Assembly: GCA_024679065.1 (NCBI GenBank)
Contig: JAGIQG010000003.1
Location: forward strand, 38,812,001-38,876,000
DNA from: Sphyrna mokarran
Lineage: Eukaryota
Direction of reading: 5' to 3'
Length of the DNA: 64,000 nt
The position numbers and the translations under genes were made by a program. Under the pieces are notes generated by a model. That model made no database searches and was not told the origin of the DNA. It saw only the letters and a list, made by a program, of their open reading frames with translations. Shown here in pieces: positions 1-10,520 of the stretch; positions within the stretch are counted from its first letter, which is position 1; every line of letters begins with the position of its first letter.

Positions 1-20
1 ATAGAACGCATAAATCAGGA

Positions 21-108
21 CAGTAAGAAATCTCACGATACCGGGTTGAAGTCCAACAGGTTTATTTAGTATCACTAACTTTTAGAGTGTTGCTGCTTCA
101 TCAGGTGA
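21..108 (-). mobile_element. Short Penelope-derived terminal-repeat fragment (family A) with degenerate hammerhead motif
   Basis: Matches the end of the GIY-YIG element at 58494-58580 (cagtaagaa.tctcac...tccaacaggtttattt...). Minus strand reads TCAC-CTGATGA-...-AAAA-gt-TA-GTGA, with GAAA mutated. Confidence 0.75.
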
Positions 109-112
109 ATCA

Positions 113-228
113 CTTTGTCAAGCTTTGACAAAGAATCATCTGGATTCGAAACATCAGCTCTTTTCTCTCCTTACAGATGCTGCCAGACCTGCTGAGATTT
201 TCCAGCATTTTCTCTTTTGGTTCCACAT
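113..228 (+). mobile_element. Short Penelope-like terminal-repeat fragment (family B) with variant hammerhead
   Basis: Homologous to 28662-28800 (ttgacaaag..tcatctgga...ctgccagacctg.tgagattttccagcattttctcttttggtt). Short inverted repeat ctttgtcaa/ttgacaaag at the 5' end. Confidence 0.65.
121..159 (+). ncRNA. Putative minimal hammerhead ribozyme, U3-A8 core variant
   Basis: AGCT(121-124)-TTGACAA-a-GAATC/GATTC helix II-GAAA(148-151)-ca-TC-AGCT(156-159). Confidence 0.55.
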
Positions 229-1677
229 TAAATCACCTTTGTTCCATAATCTGTGACACATGTATCCAACAAAAACGTTCATTCCAATTTTGAAATTTCA
301 ATTGGTCAAACATTCACAGGTATCGTATTCCAGACTTCCACTACACTTCGTGCCAAAAAATAGTTGCTGATTTCATTCTTAGATGACCTGCTGCCTTACG
401 ATTATGCTGCCCTTTTCTGAATTTTGTCATTGTTTCTTTGCATCTACCCTAACAAATCCCCTCATCAGTTTAATGACTGTGTTATTATATATTAACTGCA
501 TTTAAATCACCATAAAAATATCATGTGTCATAAATGGACACTCAACAAAACCAATTCCATCATCCATTTCTCCCCAGTACTCAAGTCATGTCAATCATGT
601 GTCAATTCTCAGTGAGTACCTTCATACATTGCTTCAAACACTTAATGTATCTAGGCTTGGATAAAAGTAGAAAAAAATGAACTCTGAAGGAGTTAGAACC
701 ACAGTGACAGTGAGCTTCACATTCTGCTGATGTTGTCAATGTTAAAATGCAAAAGGCATTTAACATCATGATATACAAAGGAATATATGACCACAGATTA
801 CTAATGAAGTCTAACCGCATTTAGTTGGAGGAAAAATAATTGTTAAAAAACTGTGAAGAGTGGTAATCATTTAATAAAGAATTGCAATATGGTATTAAGA
901 TTGATAGATTGTCGACTGCATGTATTTTGTATTGTAGGCTGCATTACATTTACATTACAAAAGGAAATAAGCTGTCATCATTCTACATTACTGAGGTGCA
1001 AAAGGATGTTTTTGAGGTATTTCTGAAAACATGATACTTTAGACAAATATTTTAAAATAATCTAAATCAGATACTGCAACACTATATTTAATCCAACAAA
1101 ATAATTGCTCTGTTTATTATACTGCCTGGGTTAACATGTTTCACAGTTGAAGTGGAGTGCATGCCAAGTATTTTAATGCTAGAATTGCAGATATATTTGA
1201 GCCTATTATACATGATTGACTATTATATAAATGACCCAAAAATTGAGAATTATGCATGTTATAATAAAACAAAAACATGTATTTAGACAAGTTAAACAAT
1301 AAGATTATTACTACTCGATTAGAAAAAGCTTTGAAAAACACTAATTGGAAGTATAATGGAAGTTTAGATCCATACCATAATAGTTTGTCTGTGGAATACA
1401 CACTTGGGCATGAAATTTCATTCCCCAGTTGGGCACACAAAGTTATCGGCTCCCAAAGCGACGTCAATCTTTTCCGCTACTCCATGTTTAAATCTCTAAT
1501 CAGGTTTCCACAATGGCTGCTGCTTTGAAAATGGCACAAATCAAATGTGGCTGAGACTGCAACGTACAATACTTTATCCTTCCCAATATGGTTTGGCATT
1601 CCTGATCATGTCATACTCCTAAAACACCCACTTGGTTGTTCAACTGAAAGACCCCTCACCGGCTTCCACTCTACTGA

Positions 1678-1823
1678 TGTGGAGATGCCTGTGTTGACTG
1701 GGGTAAACACAGTAAGAAGTCTCACGATACCAGGTTAAAATCCAACAGGTTTATTTGGTAGCAAAAACTACTAGTTTTCAGAGTGCTGCTCCTTCGCCAG
1801 GTAAGCGATTACTTCTTATTGTG
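1678..1823 (-). mobile_element. Penelope-derived mini-element (family A) with TSD
   Basis: Family A sequence plus a short inverted piece. Flanked by tccactc(t/g)actga at 1665-1677 and 1824-1836. Confidence 0.75.
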
Positions 1824-1894
1824 TCCACTCGACTGAGCCAGATGGAGCCAGAAAATCACCTGCCTTAGCTTTATTTCCCATTATGCATAATCAC

Positions 1895-2130
1895 CACTGG
1901 AATTCTCCAAGGATATATCTTTGTGACACATCCTATTTCTCATCTACACGCAAGGCCTCAACAACATCATTTTAAGACATGTCATTAGCTCTACCTCACT
2001 GCTTCCTCCACAACCACTTCACTGACTCAATGTTGTCAGGTGATTTGTTGACATCCTCTCGTGGGTTAGCCATCATTTCCTCTAATCAAACATAAGGAAG
2101 ACCACTGGCAACACCTAAGGCCTCTGACAC
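1895..2130 (+). mobile_element. Degenerate L2 LINE RT fragment
   Basis: Frameshifted translation GILQG.../LFLIYTQGLNNIILRH resembles the L2 RT GVPQGS..LFLIY.LPLG.II region. Confidence 0.55.
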
Positions 2131-2179
2131 AACCTCTGTTTCTGCAGCACCAGAAATATTATGCCAATGCTTTTCAACT

Positions 2180-2600
2180 CAAAGATGACCAAAGAAACTG
2201 TCAGCAAGAACTTTGGAAACCAGGGTCTCATGCTTCCTTCTTAGATACCTTACCACTCCACATGCAACATTAGGAGTTCCAGCTGCGAATGAAACGTTGT
2301 CTCAGAACTAGACTGAGCCTACTTTCCAAACTGGACAGAGAGGATACAGACCAGCCAAGACATTTAGAAAACAAGTTATGACTCACATAGTACAGCCTGG
2401 AAATTTATGCTGTATATATGAGAAACTTTGGTAATGGACTAAGTTGGACCACAGGAATTGTCTCTGAGATGGACTCTTTCATAGCAAAGGTATGTAGCCC
2501 ACTTGAGTAGAGAGAGACCCCAGAAATCAGCATTACCATCAAGAAATATTTTCAAATGCATAAACACTGAATACCTGATTGACTTGCTACAGACATAACT
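2180..2600 (+). mobile_element. Gypsy/Ty3 integrase C-terminal relic
   Basis: From 2213: LETRVSCFLLRYLTTPHATLGVPAA (cf. RFL..YRTTPH.TTG..PAEL); later VYMRNFGNGLSWTTGIV. Confidence 0.7.
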
Positions 2601-2626
2601 GATGTCTCATTCAAAGGTTGTGGAAA

Positions 2627-2758
2627 GGGCAGCATGGTAGCACAGTATTTAGCACTGCTGCCTCACAGTACCAGGGAGCAGGATTCAATTCGGTGACTGT
2701 GTGGCGTTTGCACATTTTCCCTGTGTCTGCATAGATTTTCCCTAGGAGATCTGGTTTC
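2627..2758 (+). mobile_element. HE1/V-type tRNA-derived SINE, 5' part
   Basis: GGGCAGCATGGTAGCACAG...GCACTGCTGCCTCACAG head and start of the V-like body. Confidence 0.8.
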
Positions 2759-2950
2759 AAGTTTATTTATTAGTGTCACAAGTTAGTTTACATTAACATA
2801 GCAATGAAGTTACTGTGAAAACCTCCTAACTGCCATATTCCAGAGCCTGTTCGGGTACACTGAGGGAGAATTTAGCATGGCCAATGCATCTAACCAGTAC
2901 ATGTTGCGGACTGTGGGAGGAAACCGGAGTGCCTGGAGGAAACCCACAAA
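2759..2950 (-). mobile_element. V-type SINE 3' part with alternative tail
   Basis: Reverse complement of the V body plus a ...cacagtaacttcattg...cttgtgacactaataaataaac tail. Confidence 0.75.
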
Positions 2951-2974
2951 GATATCATCACTATTATTGCATCA

Positions 2975-4377
2975 CAGCTGGATAGGATATTTTCCATAGT
3001 GCACAGGAACCACTGTGTGCCTTTTATTTCTGTTGTTTCTGCCACATAAGTCTTCAACTTGGCAGAAGTGCTTTACAAGTTCAATGGCTGGACTTTCTCT
3101 CTTAGGTATTAAAATACATATTTGCTGATGTCCCAGTATCCATTTCCAGTTTAAGAGGCTTCCCATTTATCCAGAATTTTACAATAATGGGGTCCATCTT
3201 GTCTGTTTTTAGATTAAACAGGGAGTGAATACCAGAATCATTGGTGCTCTTATACATTGTGTACTTGTAAATCTGGATTGATCAATTACTCAGCAATCTT
3301 GATGTAGCTCTGCACTGTTTTATCAAATGCCCTCTTTTGTGACAAAGAAACATCCAACCTCGTTAAACTGACACAATTAAGGAATGTGGTTGCCTTCATA
3401 TTAATAACATTTAAGCATTACTTATTGGTTGTCTATTTTGTACCTTTTTATTTTGTTGATGGCTGAAATTGCTTTTCTTTGCACGGCTGCTTCAGCAGGT
3501 TTAGCACTATGGCTGGCTGCAGGCTCCTGCCTCAACTGGTGAATGGATCTATTTTATGTGCTCGGCAGCTCTTGTGCACCTTTTTCAATGCTTTCTATGG
3601 CCAGCGCTATGTCCATTGATCATTTCAATTTTATGTCAAACTCTATAAGCAATTTTCATTGAATAGCATTGTTCAGGGAACAGACTAGTCTGTTCCATAA
3701 CATGTCATTGAGGGTGACTCCAGAATCACAACACTCCAATAATTGCCTCAGTTTAGAATGTAAATCGTGATTGATCCGCCTAGGGCTCTTGGCCTCAAAT
3801 CAAATTTGAATCTCAAGGGCGAGACTGATGGTTGAGGTTGCAACTGAGCCTTCATGAAATCCAGACGCTCACTAAAATTGTTTGCAGTTAAGCATGCTTG
3901 GGGCTGTAAGATTTCAAATAAAGTTATAGATCAGATTTCCACAAGCACTTAGGAGAATTGCTTTGCATTTTGCCTTCTCTCCTATTTTGTTTCCATGGAG
4001 ATAATACCCATAGCATTCAATGTATTATCTAATTCTCCATGGAGAACCAGTAAATTTGCCCAAAAAAAGACATTCTGGTGAGTATTTCTTTTTCCTCAGA
4101 CTTTGATTAAAACAGGATACCAACAGATGTTAGGCCAGAGACTGTGTCCACGTAATTTTTCCTTGTCACACATTCATAGTCTTCATGAGTGAATCCAAAA
4201 GTTATTTATTACTAAGAATTATACGGCAACCGCATGACAGTAACCAGCTCCCAAAATATCTCTTTGCCTAAGAGAACTTTCCCCACTGGGATGATTCTCC
4301 ACTCTCTGTCCCCATTGGTCACTCAAACTAGGTGCCTCTTACTGTGGTGTATTTCCCTTAAAGGGACAATCACCACA
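2975..4377 (-). mobile_element. Gypsy/Ty3 LTR retrotransposon relic: probable 5' LTR, PBS-like site, gag, protease
   Basis: Minus-strand KAILLSACG (~3950); GVTLNDMLWNRLVC...IALAIESIEKGAQEL (~3570-3720); CCHC knuckle CHKRGHLIKQC (~3312-3345); protease DPIIVKFWINGKPLKLEMDTGTSA (~3123-3194). TG-starting LTR-like segment ~4175-4377. Confidence 0.8.
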
Positions 4378-4549
4378 CCTGAAAATAAAGTTTATTTTTA
4401 AACTTAAGCAGCCCCTAGGAGTTCAGCTTCACACAGCCACTGTCTCAGACTACAATAGACTGTTCACATCCACAGTATGCTGTTTGCCCTAATCTGAGAG
4501 AATATAGAACTAGAAACTCATCTTAGTTACAAACTAAATACTGTATTTA

Positions 4550-4880
4550 TCAGCAGCCTACTTCCACCTCTGCAACATTTTTCCACGTTAATCAAAATTG
4601 AGCCAATCTTCCATTGAAGTCTTCTTTTTCTCCAGCTTCCACTCTTTATAATCTTAATCCAATGCAAAATCTAGCTGCTTACCTCCTAACATGTACCAAG
4701 TCCTATTCACCATCACAATGTACTTCTAGTCCAATACTTTAAATTTACATGTTAATTCGAGTGCTCTAATTTTTCATTGATCTCACCCTTATTGATCCCT
4801 GTAGCATCCTCCACGCCACGACAGTCTGAAAATGCTGCATTCTTGCAAATCTTCTCTCTCAAGCATTACCTTCATCTTGC
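4550..4880 (+). mobile_element. Degenerate L2 LINE 3' ORF fragment
   Basis: gcctacttccacctctgcaacat... and ...ctaacatgtaccaagtcctattcaccatcac resemble the L2 ORF2 C-terminal region. Confidence 0.5.
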
Positions 4881-4883
4881 ACG

Positions 4884-5663
4884 TAAGAACATAAGAAAGA
4901 GATGTAGGAGTAGGCCATTTAGCCCTTCGAGCCTGCCCCGCCATTCAATAAGATCATACTGATCGGAAGTGGTTCAGTTCCACTTTCCTGCTTTCTCCCC
5001 ATAACCCTTAATTCCCTGTCTATCAGAAATCTATCTACCCGTGACTTAAACATATTCAACAAGGTAGCCTCCATCACTTCAATGGGCAGAGAATTCCAGA
5101 GATTCACCATCCTTTGAGTGAAGAAGTTCCTCCTCAACTGTGTTCTAAACTGCCCCCTCCCCCCTTATTTTGAGGCTGTGCCCTCTAGTTTTGATTTCCT
5201 TTCCAAGTGGAAAGATTCTCTCTACCTCTACCCCTTTTTAGCTCCTTCGTTATCTTGTAAGTCTTTATAAGATCCCCCCATCAGCCTTCTAAACTCGAAC
5301 AAGTACAGGCCCAGTGTATTTAATGTCTCCTCATAAGCTAACCCCCTCATCTCCGGTATCAGCCTGGTGAACCTTTTCTGTACTTCCTCCAAGGCCAATA
5401 TATCCTTACGCAAATAAGGGGACCAAAACTGCAGACAGTACTCCAGCTGCTGCCTCACCAGTGCTCTGTACAATTGCAGTAAGATTTCCCTGCTTTTATA
5501 TTTTATCCCCCTCACTATAAAGGCCAACATTCCATTCTCCTTCTTGATCACCTGCTGCACCTGCAGACTGAGTTTTTGCGATTCGTGCACAAGAACCCCC
5601 TGGTCCCTCTGCACAGTGACATGCTGCAACTTTTCACCATTTAAATAATATTCCTTCCTATTT
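4884..5663 (-). mobile_element. CR1 LINE 3' fragment (host of the younger CR1; resumes at 7063-7122)
   Basis: ORFs 5228-5629 and 4919-5137 encode the CR1 ORF2 C-terminus (LEYCLQFWSPY, FFTQRMVNLWNSLP). (TTCTTATG)n tail at 4884. Confidence 0.92.
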
Positions 5664-5689
5664 TATTGTAGGAAGAGGGAGTAAGTGGA

Positions 5690-6529
5690 GTGATCAGCAA
5701 GTTTGCAGACGATACAAAGATGGCTGGACTTGCGGATAGTGAGGAGCATTGTCAGGCGATGCAGCAGGACATAGACAGGCTGGTAGCTTGGGCAGACAGA
5801 TGGCAGATTGAATTCAATCCTGATAAATGTGAGGTGATGCATTTCGGGAGAAAAAATGTAGGGGGGAGGTATATGATAAAGGGTAGACGTATTAAGAGTA
5901 TAGAAACGCAGAGGGATCTGGGAGTGCAGGTGAACAAGTCTCTGAAGGTGGCAGAGCAAGTGGAGAAGGTTGTGAAGAAAGCATATAGCATGCTAGCCTT
6001 TATAAGAAGGGGTATAGAGTACAAGAGCTGGCCTTTAATGTTGCAGTTGTACAAAACGCTGGTTAGACCTCATTTGGAATACTGCATCCAGTTCTGGTTG
6101 CCTTACTACCAGAAGGACGTGGAGACTCTGGAAAGAGTGCAGAGGAGGTTTACCAGGATGCTGCCCGGTATGGAAGGTCTGAGTTACGAGGAGAGATTAG
6201 GCGAATTGGGACTGTTTTCCTTAGAAAGACATAGACTTAGAGGAGATCTGATAGAGGTGTACAAGATTATGAAGGGGATAGATAGAGTAAACAGGGTTAA
6301 GCTTTTTCCTAGGATGGACTCAAATAGCACGAGGGGTCACGGGCTTAGGGTGAGGGGGGTAAGGTATAATTTGGATGCGAGAGGGAGTTTTTTCACACAG
6401 AGGGTGGTGGGGGTATGGAATGCGCTGCCAAGTAAAGTGGTGGAGGCAGGTACTCTGGAGTTATTTAAGAAATACTTAGATGGGCACATGAACAAAATGG
6501 GAATGGAGGGGTATAGAAAACTGATTTAA
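5690..6529 (+). CDS. CR1 ORF2 C-terminal part (RT FADD motif onward), 5'-truncated
   Basis: 279-aa open frame: [48 protein letters not shown]. Lacks the RT N-terminus and endonuclease. Confidence 0.9.
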   Translation: MISKFADDTKMAGLADSEEHCQAMQQDIDRLVAWADRWQIEFNPDKCEVMHFGRKNVGGRYMIKGRRIKSIETQRDLGVQVNKSLKVAEQVEKVVKKAYSMLAFIRRGIEYKSWPLMLQLYKTLVRPHLEYCIQFWLPYYQKDVETLERVQRRFTRMLPGMEGLSYEERLGELGLFSLERHRLRGDLIEVYKIMKGIDRVNRVKLFPRMDSNSTRGHGLRVRGVRYNLDARGSFFTQRVVGVWNALPSKVVEAGTLELFKKYLDGHMNKMGMEGYRKLI

Positions 6530-6616
6530 AATAGGGATCATGAGCCTTGGCAGTCCCTGGGAAGTGTGTAAATAGATGATGATATTGATGTACTTGTTTT
6601 TATCCTACAGGTGCTT

Positions 6617-6737
6617 TGGTCCACCTTGTTGTCTAACGAGGGGCATACACGCGATGGGTCGTGAGAGGGCTGCTCTTGGATTTTTTTCGAGAGTATCCTA
6701 CTGCTTCACATCGTTAGTGTACGCTTGACCTGGACCA
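6617..6737 (+). other. Predicted multi-stem RNA structure in CR1 3' UTR
   Basis: Hand-paired helices 6617-6623/6731-6737, 6624-6630/6635-6641, 6642-6656/6709-6725 and 6666-6680/6686-6699, with several G-U pairs. Confidence 0.6.
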
Positions 6738-7117
6738 TTTGATGGGCAACACGACAGCTCAGTGACTATCGCTGTGCTGTGCAGATACATGGATTTGGGC
6801 CTGTGTCTGTGGGAGTTTGCGCATTCTCCCCGTGCTTGCGTGGGTTTTCTCCGGGAGCTCCGGTTTCCTCCCACATCCCAAAGATGTGCTCTTAGGCTAA
6901 TTGGCAAAACAAATTCTCCCTAAATTGTCTCAAATTTGGTTTTTAATCCATAGACCTATAAACATGGACAGGGATCGCGTGTAGAAGTGGGAACATTGAG
7001 GTGGCGGCGCGGGCTCGTTGGGCCAAAGGGCCTGTTTCCCATGCTGTTTTTTGTTCTTTGTTCTATTTCTTCCAAAATGGATAATCTCACATTTGCTAAT
7101 GTTACACTCCATCTGCC

Positions 7118-7279
7118 ATCTTTGGATTTTGGGAAAAAACCAGAGCACCCAGAGGAAACCCACGCATACACAGGGAGAATATGCAAACTCCACATAGACA
7201 ATCACCCAAAGCTGGAATCAAACCCAGATCCCTGGCACTGTGAGGCAGCAGTACGAACTACTGTGCCCCCATGTCACCC
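7118..7279 (-). mobile_element. HE1/V-type SINE (head and body)
   Basis: Reverse complement of head and V body, joined to the CR1 at shared catctttg. Confidence 0.85.
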
Positions 7280-8538
7280 TAAAATGCTTTAAATAAAAAG
7301 TGGAATCACAAAGATAAAAAGGAAACTATTGCCCAGTTTTCAAAATCACAAATGGAATACTGATGAGAACTGGATTTTTCTGCATCTTGACAATGTCTGG
7401 TTCAGTTTCCCACAGCGGGTCCTGAAGCTCATTAATCCATGTAACTGCTGTATAACATGCTCATCAATGTCAGTCTTTCCTTACATTGTACAAAGGCTTT
7501 ATCATCTTGAGCGATAAAAGATTTAAGCAGTTTCTTCGCAGCAGGCTTCACTTTCATTTCTCACAATTACAAAGGCGGGTGTCACTTTTCAGAATATTTT
7601 GATTATTTTTCTACAGATAGGATTTGAAAATAAGAATTACCATTGTTCTGTCAAACAAAGCATGTTCAAATAAGTCTTTTTTTAAAAAAAATGTAGCTAG
7701 ACAATTAGAAGTTCATCCGCTGAATAGAAGTTGTGTTTTTCCAGGAATGAAGTAGTTAGTAATTTATTGCTTGTCCAGATTATTTAAAACACTTCTCATA
7801 CACAGGGTATCAGGAAGTCTTTTCAACCTGTCTGACAAGCAATGAACAGAGCAAAGCTTTCCGAACAAAAATCTAAGAGTCAGGCTTTTAAACAAACAGC
7901 TGTAAAAACATCAGCCAGGCTTGCAGAGATATAGACAGAGTTCAGGCATTATATCTAATTTTAGCAAGACAACCTACTGGTGTGGAGCAGTGCAGCATGC
8001 GTTATTGTTCACATTATAGGGTAGATGGTCCAGCTGAACAAAGTGAATTTGATCAAAACTGCTGGCTTGTCTGTTCAGCCACTTTAAAATAAAGCAGCTT
8101 AAATGATTCTGACCAAGCCTCATCTCACCAGGTGTCTGCATTAAGATGCTCAGACCACTTCTGGCAATGATTGGAATCACTGAACCAGAGAAGGTATTCA
8201 CAGCAGATCCAAATTGTAACAGTGGGAATCAAAACGAGTTGCAAAGAGAGGGAGACCCTTTCACAATGTAAATTCACAAGTTAAGCGAAAAGCAATCGAA
8301 AATTTTTTTTCATTTGGAAGCACACAAAGTAACATTTTAAAATTGAAGAGAACAAAATGAATTACACACACGATACTTATGTATCAAAACTAAAAGGAGT
8401 TGGCCCATTGCATCAGATGGATTATTGACCATGTTACCCATTTTGTATAATTTTTATCTTTCCTGAAACTCCTATTTCATTTCAAATAAATCATCTAAAT
8501 GAGAGTAAAGAGTAGCTCTAACATTAATGACTTTATGT

Positions 8539-8658
8539 GTAGGATTTTACGGTCTCACTCGAGTGAGACTGGAAATTCCCGCCCAGGGTCAACACACATT
8601 TGTTGTCTGCCCCTCATCTGCTCTGATTCTGTGGCAGGCAAGACAGTAAAATTCCGCC
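8539..8658. mobile_element. Short MITE (Harbinger-like TIR family)
   Basis: Ends ggattttac / gtaaaattcc. Internal 18-bp palindrome gtctcactcgagtgagac (8552-8569). Similar to 32636, 38121, 46147 and 53660. Confidence 0.6.
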
Positions 8659-9500
8659 GTATGTATTTAGTGGCTGAAAACCTCTGAATGAGTTTTAAAA
8701 ACAAGAAACAGCAGTTTCTAAGATGGCTGAACATTTGCTTGACTGAGCCTCACAAATTCCAAAGCCATTACAACAGAGTCAACCTTTCTAGAAAACCCAT
8801 CAGAAACAATAACCTTGAAAGAAAGCACACGGACTATATTCTAACCCATTCACAAAGTATTAGGTGCCAGCGGCTCAATGAAGTCCGGCAGTGAAAGAAA
8901 TTCACCCAGCCATAATCTAATCATGTAAACCATGGACTTGGAATGACCATGTCTAAAACTGGTTAGTTGCAAAGAGAAGGTCACATAACAAGCCAACGAA
9001 AGCTTTTTTGTGTGTTTAAGAAACCACTTTTCTTCAGGCCACAAGATAAAAGCAGAGTAGATGCCAAAAATCTGGCCCTCTAAATGGGCTACTCTTTTCT
9101 CGCTATCCAGCCTACAAATTTGATCCTTGGTTTGTTGTTCAATCACACATGTTACTGACAACATTTTAAGAATCAGCCCCGCAGCTGTTGACTCCATAAA
9201 ATGAGGTATAGTCATACTTAAATAATCCTGATGTTGAATTGAGAGGAACCATCAAGCTCAACTGGGAACCATTCAAGTCATCAGTCTACAAGACCCATAT
9301 AACTTTAACTTTAATTAGATACTGAAAAAAAAGGGCTTAATCTATCCTTCCACTCTATAACTTGTGGATGCATCCATGTGTGTGCAAGAACATTCGTGTG
9401 TGTAAAAGTCAGAGCATTTTAATTTTATTAGACTTGGTTAAATACAGTTAATACTATTCACTTTTCTTGCTTTCAAATAAATTTGTCCGTGCATGTCTTA

Positions 9501-9720
9501 GTAAGAAGTCTCACAACATCAGATTAAAGTCCAACCAGTTTGTTTGATAGTAATCCCACAAGCTTTTGGAAACAGTGTTCCTTCGCACATCTGATGAAGG
9601 AACACTGTTTCTGAAAGCTTTGTGGGATTACTATCAAATAAACCGGTTGGACTTTAACCGGGTATTGTGAGACTTCTTATTATGTTTACCCCAGTCCAAT
9701 GCCGGCATCTCTACCTCATG
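9501..9720. mobile_element. Inverted pair of Penelope-derived terminal repeats (family A)
   Basis: 9501-9584 is the imperfect reverse complement of ~9596-9680. Confidence 0.8.
9586..9624 (+). ncRNA. Putative minimal hammerhead ribozyme (core intact)
   Basis: CACA..CTGATGA(9591-9597)-AGGAAC/GTTTCT helix II-GAAA(9613-9616)-gc-TT-TGTG. Confidence 0.55.
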
Positions 9721-10520
9721 TGTACATCTCATACAGTCACAGCACACAGACAATTAAACATCACCGAATTGGCAAACACAGCCTTTAAAAAAACATGTTG
9801 TGGTCAAATGAGAAGTAGGGAAAGAGAAGAGCCATTCGACCCTTCCACACCTGAATTAACAGGATAATTCCAACAGATTGGGGTGAGTTAATTTCAACTA
9901 AATTGTCATCTTTGAGACCTATTCTAGCACACACAAATCAGCATGTCACAACTAAGCACACCACTTAACCAGCAGTAGTGCCATTGTTTGCCACTTGTTA
10001 TATGCATCAAGTACTCACTTATTCATTACAATCCCCATATAACAGTACATTTTTGCAATACACACCCAGGAAGAAGGCAACAATTCTGCACAAAAGGCTG
10101 GAAACAGCATGATCTTGGCAAGCCTGTTTCCACTGCCAAGTACAGAAATGCTTATTCAGCTTTATGCATATTCTTTTGCCTTTGACTTTAAAGAGAGACC
10201 ATTAAACTTTACATTCTGATGACGATTTCAACTTCATTTTCCTCAAAGAGATCAATCAAGAAAATGAGATTTTTTTTAAAAGTAAAACCAAGTCATATAC
10301 AAGATCTGCAAGATTTAACATTTGAATTAAGACACTGTTATCACTGTTCTTTCAAACATGTGCCTCAAAAGTGCCAACAGTTTTAACTTCAGAGGTCAAA
10401 ATTCAACTAAATTACCAGTTAAACACATGAACAAGAAGACATTGAAAATGAACATGCATCCAAGTATCACACTTGATAATATGGATGTAACTGTCTCCAA
10501 AAGTGGATTTTATTTGAAAA

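Larger units (their letters stand above)
5664..7062 (+). mobile_element. Young 5'-truncated CR1 LINE with long chimeric 3' UTR
   Basis: Uninterrupted ORF, CpGs retained, TSD CTATTT at 5658-5663 and 7063-7068. The host CR1 continues directly after the insert. Confidence 0.9.

Noticed and set aside
1141-1560. Terminal coding exon with 3' UTR
   Set aside because: Weak acceptor and no recognisable protein in any frame.
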